This document shows, one piece after another, positions 46,044-56,578 of a stretch of DNA of 64,000 nucleotides (position 1 is the stretch's first letter; the number at the start of each line of letters is the position of its first letter). The stretch is from positions 1 to 64,000 of the IMG/VR virus record IMGVR_UViG_3300011934_000017; one strand, written 5' to 3'. The notes below the pieces were generated by a model. The model was not told the origin of the DNA and searched no databases. It was given only the letters and a program-made list of their open reading frames with translations. The position numbers and the translations under genes are program-made.

Positions 46044-49000
46044 TTAACCTCCTTTTACCCAGCCGCTATCTATCAGGCTATCGTCTATATCTTCACACCA
46101 GTTAGGCTGATCAAGAACTTCTGCCCATACCCAAGAACCGGGATGTAGCTCGTAGGTCTGAATGCGTGATTCGTCTACACCTGCATCAACCGCCCATTGA
46201 TAAGCCTGCTCTTGGCTAGAGGCATAGTTCATCATTTCGGACGTCAGGATAGTTCGATCCTCATCTTCAAACGTCTCATTGCTGTTACGCTCTACCTCTC
46301 TTGGAGGTATTATATCCATAGAGGTAAACGAGCGTTGGATGTTTCCAACAGGACCCATTGTAAACTTATCGGTAGGTTTGAGTTCAGGTTCTTTTTCTTC
46401 TAATAAGACATAAGACCAAAGTAGCTTTAACGCTTCTGCACTGAAAGTAGAGTAGTGATTATCCAACTTGGCAGCAAAAGGCCCATCAAACGTGTTGAGC
46501 GCACCTGCGCTTATTTTCCAAGGTTGCAGATTGAATTGGGACACTGCTGAGGAGCTGTGGAGTATTTGGAAGTCTTGATTTAGGAATACGTAAGCTTGAG
46601 CCGCAGTATTTTTAGGTTGAAAGACTTGATTTAAAAACACGTAGGATTGCGCTGCCGTATTTTGTTGCTCAAAAACCTGATCAATGTAGACCCAGCCTAA
46701 ATGATAAGAGCTATTTTGGGCTTCAAGCGAATCGAATTCCACAAAAGGAACGGGATTATAAATAGGAGCCAGCGCATCGTATTCAGTGTGAGGAAACGGA
46801 TTGTATTGCGCATACATGCTTTCAAACAATTCGGTATGATGACGTTTTACTTCCTCATAGCTCATTCCCAACGTTAGAAAATTCAAAACGGTTCGCATTC
46901 TAAACTGCGCTTCTTCCGACAGCAAATGATCTGTCACGACGCGCGGCTTATACGACTGATAAACGTCATGATCCAGATGGACGTAAGGATTTTCCCAAGA
47001 CGTTTCATTGTATTCTACATGCGTAGGATGAGGTCGATCAACGCCGGGCATGTCCTGTTTCAAAGAACGAAAATAATAGCGAATCGAGTCAGGTTGGTCG
47101 AAAAACTTCCGTTTAATGAAGTTTCTAACAGTGTCTGGTTGATCAAAGTATTTTCTGTTTAGAATGTTGCGTATGGATTCAGACTGGTCAAAATACTTTC
47201 TATTCTTTAGCTGTATAATAGAGTCAGGCATTTCGGCAGTTTCTGACTTCAAACGGCGTATTTCCGACGTACCTAGATCGCCTGTTCTTGTAGTCTTTTC
47301 TTGGGCAATCGTTATCATTCCTTCAAAGTCCAAGCTTCTTAACACTCGACTTTCAAAACTATACGAATCACCTAGAGTGATAATAGGTCTTCTGGCTTCA
47401 GCATTTAAAGATGTTTCGCTTTCTGCACGAGTACCGTAATTGTGAGTTTTAGGTGTTACAGCGTCGAACTCACGTCCAACTGTTTCGGATCTAGGCGATG
47501 CTGTATATTGTTCTACGTTGGATTTAGATGTGCCGGTTTTAGCAGTGGCAATTCCCATAGCCACTTCTATCAAGAAGATGTTGTTTGGTCTTTCGTAAGC
47601 TCCGTCAATAGGTCGAGAACGTACGGAGTACGTAGTTACCATGTTGCCTATAGTCAGTGTATATTTTCTTTCCGTTCCAAACGGAGAACCTGCACGTCCA
47701 GCTATTTGAATTGTATCACCTAGTTGAACAGGGAAAGTAAGTACAGCTTCAGGATCGTAATCAAGTAACGTGTTTATTCTGATTCCATTTACCAAAACAT
47801 CAGCTTCAGGATAAATTTCTGCCATTACCGATATGGAAGAATCAATGCCTACTATTGTACGTACTTCTGACAACACCTCTTCGTTAGCATCTTTGTCTCT
47901 TACATTGTTAAACGAAAAGAACTCTGGAGTTCGATCGGGTTCTGTCTTAGCGTGCCACGTGTAGTTTTTACCGCAGGAATGTATAACGACTTCGTGATCT
48001 AAACTGTGAGCAGCCGTTACTTCCATTCTTAACTGAAGCTGTTGTCCGTAGCTAAGGACAGTGCTTGTACCTACGTCAACTTCATCTACAATCATTGTGG
48101 CATTGTAAGAGGAAGATATTTCTACAGGTTCAGGATTTACGTTTGTTGCGGTGTAGATCGAAGACTCGACTTTTGTGCGAATGCCTACATCTGTTATATA
48201 CGGAAATATAGGTGAAATAGAAGCAGTGCAGGTGTTGTCTACGCTTTTTTCTGAAGCAACGGCAAAAGTGGCGCTAATAGGACCAATGCGTAAGACAGCA
48301 CTACGCCATTGGTCCAAATCTCCGCTAGTAAGCTTTAGTGCGACGGTGTCACCTGTCTCAATCAGGACAGTGCCCGTTACAATGACTTCATTATGAATTA
48401 GCTGACCATCAATAGCAGAAGCCTCGATAGACAGACCGGTCGGAATGCCCGAAATAGTGACTGTGTTTGAAACGTATTCTGTTAGAGGTGTTGCATCGTC
48501 TACGGGTGTGAATAAAACGGAATCTGGAATTGCTTTTTGTTCGACCGTAGTAGTGATGAACTGAGTTGATTCCCCTCCAAGACTTACAAGAACAGCAGAG
48601 CGAACACCGTATCTGTCTGAAGAGACTGTTTGAATTTGAACGGTATCTCCGTTTTCTACCCAAGTGTCCGATGAAGGTTGACCGTTAACAATGAGTGAAG
48701 CAACACTAGAATGGACAGACAGGTAAGCAGCCGTGTTTAATCCGCTAACTGTGTAGGTGCCGGATACTACCGTTTCTTCCAAGTCGTGACCAAATGATGG
48801 GTCGAACTCAAAGTTTTCAGGGTAGAAGTCAGCAGATACTCTCTGGCTGTGCGCGTTGAATGCACCAACAAACAGATAAACGCTTCCATCATAAGAAATT
48901 GTTTCCACAGGACTAGAAGCGTTGAAGGTACGTACAGAACTGTAAGTTGCGTCCAGATAGTGTGACTTCTTTTGCTCCACATCAAGAACAACAAAGCCGT

Positions 49001-50090
49001 TAGCAGTGCTCTGAATAGAGACAGGTGCGGCTGTTTGATCTAGTACCGCCACTTCCTGCGCGTCTGTCACGTTCCAGATAGACTTGTCTTGCTGACACAA
49101 AGCAAACACAGCAGAACCGTTTGAAGTTATACCGAACGGACGGCGACCTACTTCAATAATCTCCACTGCGGAAGAAGTCATATTGATTTTAGCCACAGCG
49201 TCACGTTGAAAAAGTGTGACGTAAACATGGCTGCCCATCTGAACAATTCGAGCAGGCTTACAACTTGGAGGAAGTGCAATTTCCTCTACCGAAGTAGTTA
49301 GATCATTTGCAACATTGATCTTGGTTACAGAATCACTTCCACTGTTAGCTATCCACAATGTATTTCCAACGCTAAGCAAGTCAGAAGGCTGAGAACCTAC
49401 AACAATAGTGTCTGACGGACTGCTATACCCGTTATCTGGAGACAGACGAACCACTTCTCCGCGCTCTAGCGCTACAAAGAAATGGTAAATGTCAGGTTCT
49501 TCACCGCTTACTGCTACTCTTCCTACCGCTACCGGACGCTCTAGCTCGATGCGCTGTTCTAAATCCAAAGAAAGTGGATCGACACGCAACACGCTGTTTG
49601 ACCATCTGTTAGTGATAAACAAATAGTCTTGTTGCAACACCCGATTCTTAGGATTTATTAAGTCAGACGATTGTTGCCAGACAAAAGAAGAGGACATTTT
49701 GTGGAGAGCAACTTCAGAATCGGCTGTCCATGCGTTGTCTCCGATGTGAGACGCATAACCATAAAAATCCAGTGGAAGTATTGGATTGTTCTCGTCAAAT
49801 ACAAGTTGTCCTTGTACTGAAGAAACCACTTCAAAAATAGCCCAACGATTTTCAATCGTAAGGAGAGAATAAACTGACTTACCGATTTCAGGTGCGGTTA
49901 GGCGGACTGCAACGTAGCTGTCGGCTGCTACTGTCGCGCTGTTCTCCACAGAATCTACACCGTTTAGTATCAAGGTGCCTGCTGAAGCTTCTACATAAAC
50001 AAAATCTTCGCTGCTTACGACCTTGATATCATTTGATCTGTACTTGGAACCCGCTGTTCCAATCTTTTTACCTAAAGTAAAAGGTACCAT
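46044..50090 (-). CDS. Large virion protein: YVTN-like beta-propeller, Ig-like repeats, short tandem repeats
   Basis: Start moved to 50090 (the track start lies inside the terminator); VG..P......LW.AN.GS..V..I repeats; F.P...A....Y.S...TISG repeats. Confidence 0.7.
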   Translation of the reverse strand: MVPFTLGKKIGTAGSKYRSNDIKVVSSEDFVYVEASAGTLILNGVDSVENSATVAADSYVAVRLTAPEIGKSVYSLLTIENRWAIFEVVSSVQGQLVFDENNPILPLDFYGYASHIGDNAWTADSEVALHKMSSSFVWQQSSDLINPKNRVLQQDYLFITNRWSNSVLRVDPLSLDLEQRIELERPVAVGRVAVSGEEPDIYHFFVALERGEVVRLSPDNGYSSPSDTIVVGSQPSDLLSVGNTLWIANSGSDSVTKINVANDLTTSVEEIALPPSCKPARIVQMGSHVYVTLFQRDAVAKINMTSSAVEIIEVGRRPFGITSNGSAVFALCQQDKSIWNVTDAQEVAVLDQTAAPVSIQSTANGFVVLDVEQKKSHYLDATYSSVRTFNASSPVETISYDGSVYLFVGAFNAHSQRVSADFYPENFEFDPSFGHDLEETVVSGTYTVSGLNTAAYLSVHSSVASLIVNGQPSSDTWVENGDTVQIQTVSSDRYGVRSAVLVSLGGESTQFITTTVEQKAIPDSVLFTPVDDATPLTEYVSNTVTISGIPTGLSIEASAIDGQLIHNEVIVTGTVLIETGDTVALKLTSGDLDQWRSAVLRIGPISATFAVASEKSVDNTCTASISPIFPYITDVGIRTKVESSIYTATNVNPEPVEISSSYNATMIVDEVDVGTSTVLSYGQQLQLRMEVTAAHSLDHEVVIHSCGKNYTWHAKTEPDRTPEFFSFNNVRDKDANEEVLSEVRTIVGIDSSISVMAEIYPEADVLVNGIRINTLLDYDPEAVLTFPVQLGDTIQIAGRAGSPFGTERKYTLTIGNMVTTYSVRSRPIDGAYERPNNIFLIEVAMGIATAKTGTSKSNVEQYTASPRSETVGREFDAVTPKTHNYGTRAESETSLNAEARRPIITLGDSYSFESRVLRSLDFEGMITIAQEKTTRTGDLGTSEIRRLKSETAEMPDSIIQLKNRKYFDQSESIRNILNRKYFDQPDTVRNFIKRKFFDQPDSIRYYFRSLKQDMPGVDRPHPTHVEYNETSWENPYVHLDHDVYQSYKPRVVTDHLLSEEAQFRMRTVLNFLTLGMSYEEVKRHHTELFESMYAQYNPFPHTEYDALAPIYNPVPFVEFDSLEAQNSSYHLGWVYIDQVFEQQNTAAQSYVFLNQVFQPKNTAAQAYVFLNQDFQILHSSSAVSQFNLQPWKISAGALNTFDGPFAAKLDNHYSTFSAEALKLLWSYVLLEEKEPELKPTDKFTMGPVGNIQRSFTSMDIIPPREVERNSNETFEDEDRTILTSEMMNYASSQEQAYQWAVDAGVDESRIQTYELHPGSWVWAEVLDQPNWCEDIDDSLIDSGWVKGG

Positions 50091-50104
50091 ATCGTCACCA
50101 TAAG

Positions 50105-50133
50105 AAAAAAGGGGATGACTAAGCACCCCCTTT
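50105..50133 (-). terminator. Rho-independent terminator
   Basis: aaagggggtg-cttagt-catcccctttttt on the minus strand. Confidence 0.75.
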
Positions 50134-50166
50134 AGGATTGGAACCCTGTATAATGCTAGATGCTTA

Positions 50167-51255
50167 TTACGGAGCAGGTGTTGGAGCAGGAATGCCTGCG
50201 CCTTGAATCAACAGCAGAATACGCATACCGGTGTTGTACTCACCGTTAGCTTGCATTGCTTTATAGGTACGTGGCTCTGATTCGCCGAACACCGTTACGT
50301 TAACGTCAGAGTCTTGCGAGATAACGTCGGCGCTGGTGTAAGCAAGCATATCCAGTTCATGCTTGTATGCACGGCGCTGGGTATTCAAACCACTTGGGAA
50401 GGTGATAATGTACTTGTTATCTACCGATATGGATACTTGCTCTGCAGGATTGATAATCGGATTGATATCACGCTGCGGAACAATGGCAGAAGCAGACTTG
50501 GTAGGTGCGTGAACATCAGTCTCACGCACAACAAAGCGCTGAATACCTTCGGGGTCGATTATGATGCCAGGACTATACTTGCTTGTGGATACTGTGGGGC
50601 CACCACCACCTACAGAATATACGCAGAATACAGGCGCATAGTAATCAGAAAGAATAGTACCGTCAGTAGGATCAACAGGACGCTGAACAACGAACCATGC
50701 AAACTTATCACCAGCGTTGTCGTAAGCGTTACGCCATGCGCAGAACGCAATACCGTGATTCGAAACAGACATACGATAAGACAGAGGCGAAGCACCTTGG
50801 TCTGTACCGTCTTCGGAGTAAAAGTATTCTTCTGACAAGAAAACATTCTCTCGTGCAGAGCTACCACCGTCGAAGTAATCTCCTTTCGGACCAGCAAGAT
50901 TGCCAGAAGTTTTATTTTCAGACTCTGCGGTCACACCACCTCCATCAGAAGGAATCTGGTGCTCAGTACCCATATTGATGCGAATATATCCCTTACCTGC
51001 TAATGCGGAACCATCGGTTTCAATGCGAACGCGCCATTTCTCACCACGGTCTGCAAGCGGATCCATATCCATGTTGGATTCGTAGACAGCCACGTTGGTA
51101 GATGACATAATGCCACCTGTCGGATATAGCAAAGTCATACCACCATCAGCGCCTAGGTCTTCCATAAGCGCTTGCGCCATACCTTGCGCAGAGCCTGTCA
51201 TTGTAGAGCTATTAGTGATACGCGAAAATTCGTGACGTTCTAAAGTAAAGGCCAT
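50167..51255 (-). CDS. Virion structural (fibre/whisker subunit-like) protein
   Basis: Strong codon bias; RBS aaggag; followed by a terminator. Confidence 0.65.
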   Translation of the reverse strand: MAFTLERHEFSRITNSSTMTGSAQGMAQALMEDLGADGGMTLLYPTGGIMSSTNVAVYESNMDMDPLADRGEKWRVRIETDGSALAGKGYIRINMGTEHQIPSDGGGVTAESENKTSGNLAGPKGDYFDGGSSARENVFLSEEYFYSEDGTDQGASPLSYRMSVSNHGIAFCAWRNAYDNAGDKFAWFVVQRPVDPTDGTILSDYYAPVFCVYSVGGGGPTVSTSKYSPGIIIDPEGIQRFVVRETDVHAPTKSASAIVPQRDINPIINPAEQVSISVDNKYIITFPSGLNTQRRAYKHELDMLAYTSADVISQDSDVNVTVFGESEPRTYKAMQANGEYNTGMRILLLIQGAGIPAPTPAP

Positions 51256-51266
51256 GTTTAGGCTCC

Positions 51267-52067
51267 TTATTCAATTACAGTGAATACTACGGTTAGTGTG
51301 GGCTGCACGGGTAAATTGCTATGATTCAGAAATCGCCAGTAGATTTTATCGTTTACAGGGTCTTCCGTGTTAGAGACGACGCTGTATCTTCGATAGTATC
51401 GAATAGTTCCGTCCGAAAGCAGAGTGGAACCGTCATCCGATAAATGCCCAGCTCTTGATTTAAACGTATAGGGATTAGATTCGCCTAAAGACGGATCACC
51501 ATACGCTTCAACTTGGATCTGAGGAACGTCCACCGTCACATTCACCATAAGACACGATCTACCCATAGGTAATAGGAAGTCTTGGTGCGTTCCGGGTGGA
51601 ATTAAAGCAGTCGCAGTATGCGACATAGTGTTTCGAGTCCCAGCACCAGGACTAACATCGTTAGGTGCCCAGATAGGATTTCTAGCTGAGTCTAATCGAA
51701 GAAGATCACCAGGATTACCGTCTGCAGGTAATGTATGTGCTGGGTCTATTGATAGGTTACCGTCAGAGTCGATGAAGAGAGGTGCTGATATATTCGTTAT
51801 AGCAGAACCGCTTCCTCCTCCTAAAACACCTCTATCAATGAATATGCCGTCAGAATCTAACTGGTGAACATGCATATTATCACTGGTTACTACTAGCATT
51901 CCTGTAATACGAGCACCTGGCGAAATAGCACTTGGATTATCTGCAAGTGATCCTAGAAAGGTACTGTCTGCAACCACACGTAAACCACCCTGAAGATCCG
52001 AATCTCGCAAAAGAAACGGAATAACGGGATTAGCTTTTACGAAAAAGCTGGTTACTGCTACAGGCAT
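51267..52067 (-). CDS. Fibre-associated protein with the N-terminal anchor domain shared with 2705..3415
   Basis: MPVAVTSFFVKANPVIPFLLRDSDLQGG.RVV...GMLV versus MAVPLTSFLSKASPAIPFLLKDTDLRGG.RVV...GMLV. Confidence 0.7.
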   Translation of the reverse strand: MPVAVTSFFVKANPVIPFLLRDSDLQGGLRVVADSTFLGSLADNPSAISPGARITGMLVVTSDNMHVHQLDSDGIFIDRGVLGGGSGSAITNISAPLFIDSDGNLSIDPAHTLPADGNPGDLLRLDSARNPIWAPNDVSPGAGTRNTMSHTATALIPPGTHQDFLLPMGRSCLMVNVTVDVPQIQVEAYGDPSLGESNPYTFKSRAGHLSDDGSTLLSDGTIRYYRRYSVVSNTEDPVNDKIYWRFLNHSNLPVQPTLTVVFTVIE

Positions 52068-52119
52068 TTGTAACTACTCCTTTACTGCGTCAACATCTGT
52101 GCTAACGCTTGTTACAAAT
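52066..52119 (-). promoter_or_regulatory. Nested hairpin enclosing the RBS and start of the gene at 52067
   Basis: Perfect 9-bp atttgtaac/gttacaaat outer stem; 9-bp inner stem gcgttagca/tgttgacgc. Confidence 0.5.
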
Positions 52120-52122
52120 TAC

Positions 52123-53202
52123 TCAAAACTGAGTAGACGTGGGAGAAACTGCGTCAGTGGTTGTGGAATCACCAACTTGTCCTAAGTTATTTCTTCCACA
52201 TCCGTAAGTGACAAACTCCGGCAGACAGAACATTGTATTATTCGGACCACAATCTACCCTATCAACACCTGATAGAGAAATAGCAGAAAAAGTGTTTCTA
52301 CTGCTTTTGTCTCCAAGTCCTAACTGTCCGAAAGTGTTAGCGCCAGAAGCAAAAGGAGTGCCTGAAGACTTTAGCAGAACAGAATGATTACCGGATGCTG
52401 CTACTTGCTTAACTCCAGACATAGGAATTGTTGTGATTGTGGAAATCGACATTGTGTTATTTTCAAGACCTAACTGACCTTGAGAATTGAAGCCTGCGCC
52501 TACCAATGTTCCGTCATTCAATAAACAAATCGTATGGGAAGAACCGCAAGCAATCTGTTTTACGTTAGAGAATAAAGAGCTTGTGATAGAGCTTTGGTTG
52601 CTTGTGTTTCCATTTCCTAGCTGACCGAAGTAGTTGTATCCAGCACATTTAACAGAACCGTCAGCCAGCAAGAACATCGTGTAAGAAGCACCTGCTGAAA
52701 TAGCAGCTACATTGGAAATAGGAACATCAACAAGATTAGGTCGATCAGAAACAGAGCCGTCACCTAGTTGTCCGAAGAAGTTTGCACCGCAAGATTTCAC
52801 TGTTCCGTTTTCGAATAAAAACAGCGAATGGTTGCTTCCACACTCTACTTGAACAACGTTTTCTATAGGAAGAATAACAGGTGTTTCTTTGTTAATCTGC
52901 GAACCGTCACCTAATTGACCGGACTGATTTCTACCTACAGTCCGTACAGTTCCATCTTCATAAAGAAAAATCGTGTGATCAGAACCACTAGCAACCTGTT
53001 TGACATTCTGCGAGCGAAGACCGGTCAACGATGTAGGGGACATTACATTCACAAAAGAATCATCGCCTAGCTGACCGTACTCGTTAAAGCCTGCTGCTCT
53101 GGTCGTTGTTTCATCCTTTAGATAGATAGAGTGTTGGCTCCCTATAGCAAACATACTTCTCACAGGAGCTTCTTGTAACGGAGAAACGATCATCATAGGC
53201 AT
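52123..53202 (-). CDS. RCC1/BLIP-II repeat beta-propeller protein
   Basis: Seven repeats of G.N..GQLG.G......P......V.QV..G..HT..L..DG; start moved to 53202. Confidence 0.85.
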   Translation of the reverse strand: MPMMIVSPLQEAPVRSMFAIGSQHSIYLKDETTTRAAGFNEYGQLGDDSFVNVMSPTSLTGLRSQNVKQVASGSDHTIFLYEDGTVRTVGRNQSGQLGDGSQINKETPVILPIENVVQVECGSNHSLFLFENGTVKSCGANFFGQLGDGSVSDRPNLVDVPISNVAAISAGASYTMFLLADGSVKCAGYNYFGQLGNGNTSNQSSITSSLFSNVKQIACGSSHTICLLNDGTLVGAGFNSQGQLGLENNTMSISTITTIPMSGVKQVAASGNHSVLLKSSGTPFASGANTFGQLGLGDKSSRNTFSAISLSGVDRVDCGPNNTMFCLPEFVTYGCGRNNLGQVGDSTTTDAVSPTSTQF

Positions 53203-53203
53203 G

Positions 53204-53629
53204 TTATCTTTCCCACTCCGCAGAAGACCAAGAAGCATCCAAATCAGTATCGTCCACGTTCATACTCGAAGGTTCTTCTTCAACAGGAAATTCTTCTACA
53301 GTCTCTTCCTCTGACTCTTCTGACTCTTCTGACTCTTCTGACTCTTCTGACTCTTCGGGTTCTTCAGTAGATTCCTCTTCTTCATCAGGATCTTCAATAA
53401 AATGCTCTTCACCTATTTGCTTAGGAGGACGCGCGTACTCAGGAACTTCGAGCTTTTTAAGCCCTACGATTCCAGTCACGTCTTCATCTAAAGCGACGAC
53501 TTTTCTACCGTCGTTTAACGTTGCCATATAGTAGTCTTTAGGTAAAGAAGGATTAGCACCTTCAAGAACCTCGAAGTAGAATAACCCAGGATCAAAAAAC
53601 TTATAGATATTTTGAGTTTCCATTATCAT
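53204..53629 (-). CDS. Acidic hypothetical protein with EES repeats
   Basis: ATGA coupling; RBS ggag. Confidence 0.65.
   Translation of the reverse strand: MIMETQNIYKFFDPGLFYFEVLEGANPSLPKDYYMATLNDGRKVVALDEDVTGIVGLKKLEVPEYARPPKQIGEEHFIEDPDEEEESTEEPEESEESEESEESEESEEETVEEFPVEEEPSSMNVDDTDLDASWSSAEWER
53311..53355 (-). repeat. 9-bp tandem repeat x5 (EES)
   Basis: ctgactctt x5. Confidence 0.9.
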
Positions 53630-54099
53630 TCACTCCAAGTATAAAGGCTAGTGTTTTCATTTTCGCGTATAAAGTTTCTATCGAATGCTGTTAAATGATG
53701 TTCAGCGTTTACTGTTTCCACATCTTCGACTTTGTTCATTTCTAAGATACCTGCCATGTCACTTCCATCGGTAGAAGCGTGGGTATCGCCAGCATAAACA
53801 AAAACGTCTCGGTTCAAGAACTTCGGATTAGGATCAACAGAACCGTTTGAGTTTTGACCTACGTCTGCGCTTGTTGCATATAGCATACCCGCAGACGTGA
53901 AAGAAGCCGTTGTAAAGCTTGAATAGAATACGTTAGCATCATTATACAACAAGGTCGATTCGATGGGGCCTATAGCTGAACCTAAATCTACCGGACTCAG
54001 ATTCACAGGCGCAGGCTCTAAATCTTCTAACGGAATTTCTGGTTCCGTCTCTTCAGGTGGTGTCTCTTCCGGCGGCGTCTCTTCAGTTGTTTCAGACAT
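53626..54099 (-). CDS. Hypothetical virion-associated protein
   Basis: RBS ggag; EETPP repeats at the N-terminus. Confidence 0.65.
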   Translation of the reverse strand: MSETTEETPPEETPPEETEPEIPLEDLEPAPVNLSPVDLGSAIGPIESTLLYNDANVFYSSFTTASFTSAGMLYATSADVGQNSNGSVDPNPKFLNRDVFVYAGDTHASTDGSDMAGILEMNKVEDVETVNAEHHLTAFDRNFIRENENTSLYTWSE

Positions 54100-54104
54100 A
54101 GTGC

Positions 54105-55028
54105 TTACTCCGGAATTGCGAATCTACAGTCGGCAGAACCTGTAGTTAAAACGTGGTGATCGCGTGTCGTGGCACCGTTAGCATCGTAGAATTTCTCACC
54201 ATCTACACGAATGTTTATCTTATCCATAACACTACCTATAGCGCGAGGAAGAATCTTCAATCCGTACACACGGCCTCGAACCCAACCATGACGACGATCT
54301 ACTTGGTACGGTGTGTACACTTGAGTTGCAGCAGTAGGTGACATAGGATTAGAGCCTGTAGGAAGCACAGTGTACAGTCTTCCCGCGTTATCATGCGTTG
54401 AACCTACTGCGGTAGCAAGAGCTTGATATTCCCAAGCATTACTACTTATTTGTCCGAAAGAGTCTCTCGGATAAGCACAACACCGCGCACGGTTTGAAGA
54501 TGTAGCGTGAGCCCCGATAGCTCCTTCACCTGTCATCCAAACGTAAAGCGGAAACTCCCCTGCAATCTCTTCAGGATTATCACGCGCAATTTCAAATACG
54601 CCTGTCCACGTGTTGTTGTTTGTGCATCCCCATACGTCACCGGCAATACGGGACAGCAACACGATATAACGAGCAGAGGCAAATATAAACAAGTTGCCTC
54701 CGTTAGCGAAATCGTACCTCTGGTGGTGCGTAGCAGACCCGGAGTAGTACGTTACATTGGTCCCTTCTGTTGTTTCAGGATTCCAAAACTCCCAAGCAGA
54801 AAGATAGATGTACTCCGAACGCATATCGATCTGGATATACTTTTGACTGATGCCGTCGCGCATTGGAGCGCGATAGATAATGTTGGTATCAGAAATCTTT
54901 TGCATGGTTTGCCAACCAAGGCTGCTAAGAGAAACCCGAAGCACTTCAGAAAGATTGGCTTCAGTCTCTCTAGGAGAGTACGAAAGAGAAATCGAGTTCT
55001 CTCCTAATGTACCTACAGTAATAGCCAT
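54105..55028 (-). CDS. Fibre-family paralog (G.NS...Y / KY..ID / RG..YG.K.L family)
   Basis: Aligns end to end with 55631..56563 and 62241..63242. Confidence 0.7.
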   Translation of the reverse strand: MAITVGTLGENSISLSYSPRETEANLSEVLRVSLSSLGWQTMQKISDTNIIYRAPMRDGISQKYIQIDMRSEYIYLSAWEFWNPETTEGTNVTYYSGSATHHQRYDFANGGNLFIFASARYIVLLSRIAGDVWGCTNNNTWTGVFEIARDNPEEIAGEFPLYVWMTGEGAIGAHATSSNRARCCAYPRDSFGQISSNAWEYQALATAVGSTHDNAGRLYTVLPTGSNPMSPTAATQVYTPYQVDRRHGWVRGRVYGLKILPRAIGSVMDKINIRVDGEKFYDANGATTRDHHVLTTGSADCRFAIPE

Positions 55029-55040
55029 AAAAAACTCCTG

Positions 55041-55622
55041 TTAGAAAGACCCGCCTGTCCATAAATAGTTCGGTCGAGCTTTCTGCTGTGTGAATGTGTC
55101 AAAAGAAATATAATCAAGCAACACGTTACTGTTTATCGGTACGTTGTAGTACACAACATCGGAATAGTGTTCGCCAAACTTGTGGATATCAGAGCTACCT
55201 CCGAACACACTATGTTCAACGTTTGAATAATCGGTGCCGATAGAATAGTTTGCTAGAACAGTGTAGTGGAAGCCAAGAATGTGATTCAAATCCACTTTCA
55301 TGGAAGCTAACATGGATATGTTACTGAAAAACGTATTTTCAGAAAAACCTATAGCCGACGTATGTATTAGACCTTCTAGGGGAAGATCAAAGACGTCCAT
55401 GAAATAGACGGAATGTGACGTGTTTTGGTATACTGTACCAGGAGAAAACGTGAAGTCATTCGAATAGAAACCATAAAGAGAAGGGTACTGCTCAAACAAG
55501 TGTTGCCAAGTTTGAGACAGTACGACCCCTGTTATGATATTCACATTCAAAAAAGACTCTGATTCTAAAGGAGAGTCTCCTTCATCGTTCAGCCCTCCTG
55601 TACCAGGAGCAAGCTGAGCCAT
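55041..55622 (-). CDS. Hypothetical virion-associated protein
   Basis: RBS gaggtg; aromatic-rich. Confidence 0.65.
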   Translation of the reverse strand: MAQLAPGTGGLNDEGDSPLESESFLNVNIITGVVLSQTWQHLFEQYPSLYGFYSNDFTFSPGTVYQNTSHSVYFMDVFDLPLEGLIHTSAIGFSENTFFSNISMLASMKVDLNHILGFHYTVLANYSIGTDYSNVEHSVFGGSSDIHKFGEHYSDVVYYNVPINSNVLLDYISFDTFTQQKARPNYLWTGGSF

Positions 55623-55630
55623 TTTTCACC

Positions 55631-56563
55631 TCAAGAAGGAATTGCGAAACGAACGTTGTTGGCACAGGTTAGAATGTGGTGATCAACAGCTTCTCCGTCA
55701 GGGGAGTAGAACGCATCAGTATCACAATTAATGCTGATCTTATCTAAGAATGAACCCATATTTCGGCTCAAGAACTTCATGCCGTAGAAGCGCCCACGCA
55801 GATTGAATGTACCGTTATACTGGGTTGTTTCATAGGCAAAAGGCGTCAGTACAAAAATGTTGTTGTTAGCACCTAACGGATTGGTACCTTGAGGTAACAT
55901 TTCATATAGACGTGCGTTTGAACTCCAAGTAAGTCCAGCTACGGTGCTGATCGTCATTGGACGGTGTGCGTTATAACCTGTAGCGTCAAAGGGTGTGCGC
56001 GGCACAGAGAATGCAGTAGGGTAACTAGAGGACGCATGAAAGCCTACTGCACCATGGCCGTGAACCCATCCGTAGATAGGAAACTCACCGGCTACTTCGT
56101 CTTTGTTGTCCCGCGCAATCTCAATGCAGCCGTTCCAAGACTCGCCGTTAGTAGAACCAAGAGAACCGTCGTTGATGCGTGACTGTGAAATTAACCAACG
56201 TGCTGTTGCGAAGATGTATAGGTAGCCGCTATACTCAAGACTGAGGCGTTGAGAATATGTGTGTGTAACTCCATACTCAGCTTCATTTGTTCCGCTGTGT
56301 GTTTCTGCGTCCCAAGATTCGTACACACGAATGCTAAAGTAAGAAGCGTGGTTAGTATCCAACATAACGTACTTGTAGGAAGAAGCATCCGCATTTAGAG
56401 CACGATACACGCGCATGTGGGTTCCAGCTTCCTTGTCAAAGGCTTCCCAACCTTTGGTAATGATAAACGCTTCAACGCCGTCCAGAATTTCTTCTTGTGT
56501 TGCGTTGATGGAATAGTTAAGTGCAATAGAGTTAGGACCGATTGCAGTTGTCTTAGTTGACAT
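55631..56563 (-). CDS. Fibre-family paralog
   Basis: EIARDN..E.AGEFP.Y.W and DKI.I..D...FY...G...DHH.LT...RFAIP shared with 54105..55028. Confidence 0.7.
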   Translation of the reverse strand: MSTKTTAIGPNSIALNYSINATQEEILDGVEAFIITKGWEAFDKEAGTHMRVYRALNADASSYKYVMLDTNHASYFSIRVYESWDAETHSGTNEAEYGVTHTYSQRLSLEYSGYLYIFATARWLISQSRINDGSLGSTNGESWNGCIEIARDNKDEVAGEFPIYGWVHGHGAVGFHASSSYPTAFSVPRTPFDATGYNAHRPMTISTVAGLTWSSNARLYEMLPQGTNPLGANNNIFVLTPFAYETTQYNGTFNLRGRFYGMKFLSRNMGSFLDKISINCDTDAFYSPDGEAVDHHILTCANNVRFAIPS

Positions 56564-56578
56564 AAGGTAGTTCCTCTT

